A DNA stretch of 20,873 nt from Octopus sinensis (taxonomy: Eukaryota), in contig NW_021823845.1 of the NCBI RefSeq assembly GCF_006345805.1, positions 1 through 20,873 of the forward strand. Reading direction: 5' to 3'. Position numbers and translations under genes: made by a program. The notes under the pieces are model-generated. The model did not search any database, had not been told where the DNA came from, and saw only the letters and a list, made by a program, of their open reading frames with translations. How positions within the stretch are numbered: the first letter of the stretch is position 1; every line of letters begins with the position of its first letter. This document shows positions 19,960 to 20,873 of the stretch, in pieces.

Positions 19960-20108
19960 CATTGAAAAATACCTTAGGAATGAGGACCCAGGTTCGAAAT
20001 TTCTCCAAGATACCCGATGAAGGCTGGGGGGTATATCAGCCAAAACGTTGTGTTAACAACAAACAAGATGAGGACAAATATCCCTCAAATGTAAATAATG
20101 TAAATAAG
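19960..20108 (+). mobile_element. PLE pLTR module copy 2 with inactivated hammerhead
   Basis: CCGATGA-A-GGCTG(GGGGGTATAT)CAGCC-AAAAC-GTT-GTGTT at 20014-20054, with two core substitutions. Confidence 0.85.
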
Positions 20109-20378
20109 CGACAAAATATCTGAGAATGAGCTATGAAAACCTTAATGTTAAGCTGGGAGTAGATGCAGAGCAGAAAACGTGGCCACTATGTTCGGCAGAA
20201 TTTGCCCGCATCGCCCTCAATGCAATACAAAAGAGAGGGGTTTTTTTCATCATTTTTTAAATCATTTTTTTAATCATTTTTGCTTGTTTAGAGAAACGGA
20301 AACACACCAACATCGGTTGTCGAGTGATATTAGGGGCCAAACATAAACGCAAACACCACACACACACGTATATATATG

Positions 20379-20508
20379 CTTCCCAACTTCATGGTTCCGA
20401 GTTCAATCCCACTGCATGGCGCCTTCAGCAATTGTCTTCTACTATAGCCATGGGTCTAACAAAGCCTTTTGAGTGGCTTTGGTAGACGGAAACTGAAAGA
20501 AACTCGTC
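20379..20508 (+). mobile_element. SINE 5' half
   Basis: B-box GAGTTCAATCCC, then ...GTAGACGGAAACTGAAAGAAACTCGTC leading into (TA)n. Confidence 0.8.
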
Positions 20509-20550
<42 letters not shown>

Positions 20551-20623
20551 TATTATGTTAAACTGTCGTATGTCCAAATTTGGACATCTGTCTATCGAAT
20601 CAATCAATCACGAGGCGTTGATT

Positions 20624-20720
20624 GGCTTGAAGCTATAGTAGAAGACACTTGCCGAAGGTGCCAAACAGTGGGACTGAACCCAGAACCATGTAGCTGGGAA
20701 GCTAATTTCTTACCAGAAAG
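20624..20720 (-). mobile_element. SINE 5' head, opposite strand
   Basis: CTATAGTAGAAGACACTTGCCGAAGGTGCCAAACAGTGGGACTGAACCCAGAACCATG is the reverse complement of the family head. Confidence 0.8.
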
Positions 20721-20873
20721 CCACCAAATAGAGCAGTAAAATCAAAAATTGTCTTCAAATGGCACAGTATGAGGGTGGTAGATTACACTTGACTAAAGCC
20801 AAACATTGGCAGAATTTTGCCATGTATTTTTTTTCTCTTCTGAAAGGATAAATAGCCAAATTGCCGTCTTGTA

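Overview
Repeat-saturated, AT-rich eukaryotic non-coding DNA. The SINE families and microsatellite load suggest Octopus or another cephalopod (inference). No intact host gene is supported; there are only a few weak minus-strand exon candidates. Nearly all ORF-track entries are microsatellite translations. Recognisable content: three mariner remnants, a degraded CR1/Jockey-group LINE RT fragment, a non-autonomous Helitron, about a dozen tRNA-derived SINE copies or halves, and several Penelope-like element (PLE) pieces. The PLE pieces include a 5'-truncated RT+GIY-YIG copy (14251-16555, minus), two GIY-YIG fragments and several pLTR modules with hammerhead-ribozyme (HHR) motifs. Most interesting signals: (1) two fold-back palindromes whose apex sits at HHR stem II, replacing the CUGAUGA half; (2) an inverted duplication of the 3' flank at the PLE's truncated 5' end; (3) a PLE 3' module of tRNA-like cloverleaf + (AAT)n + intact-core HHR. 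Together these suggest fold-back/self-priming during PLE insertion, and possibly a Pol III-driven self-cleaving RNA. All motif calls were made by eye, and boundaries are approximate.
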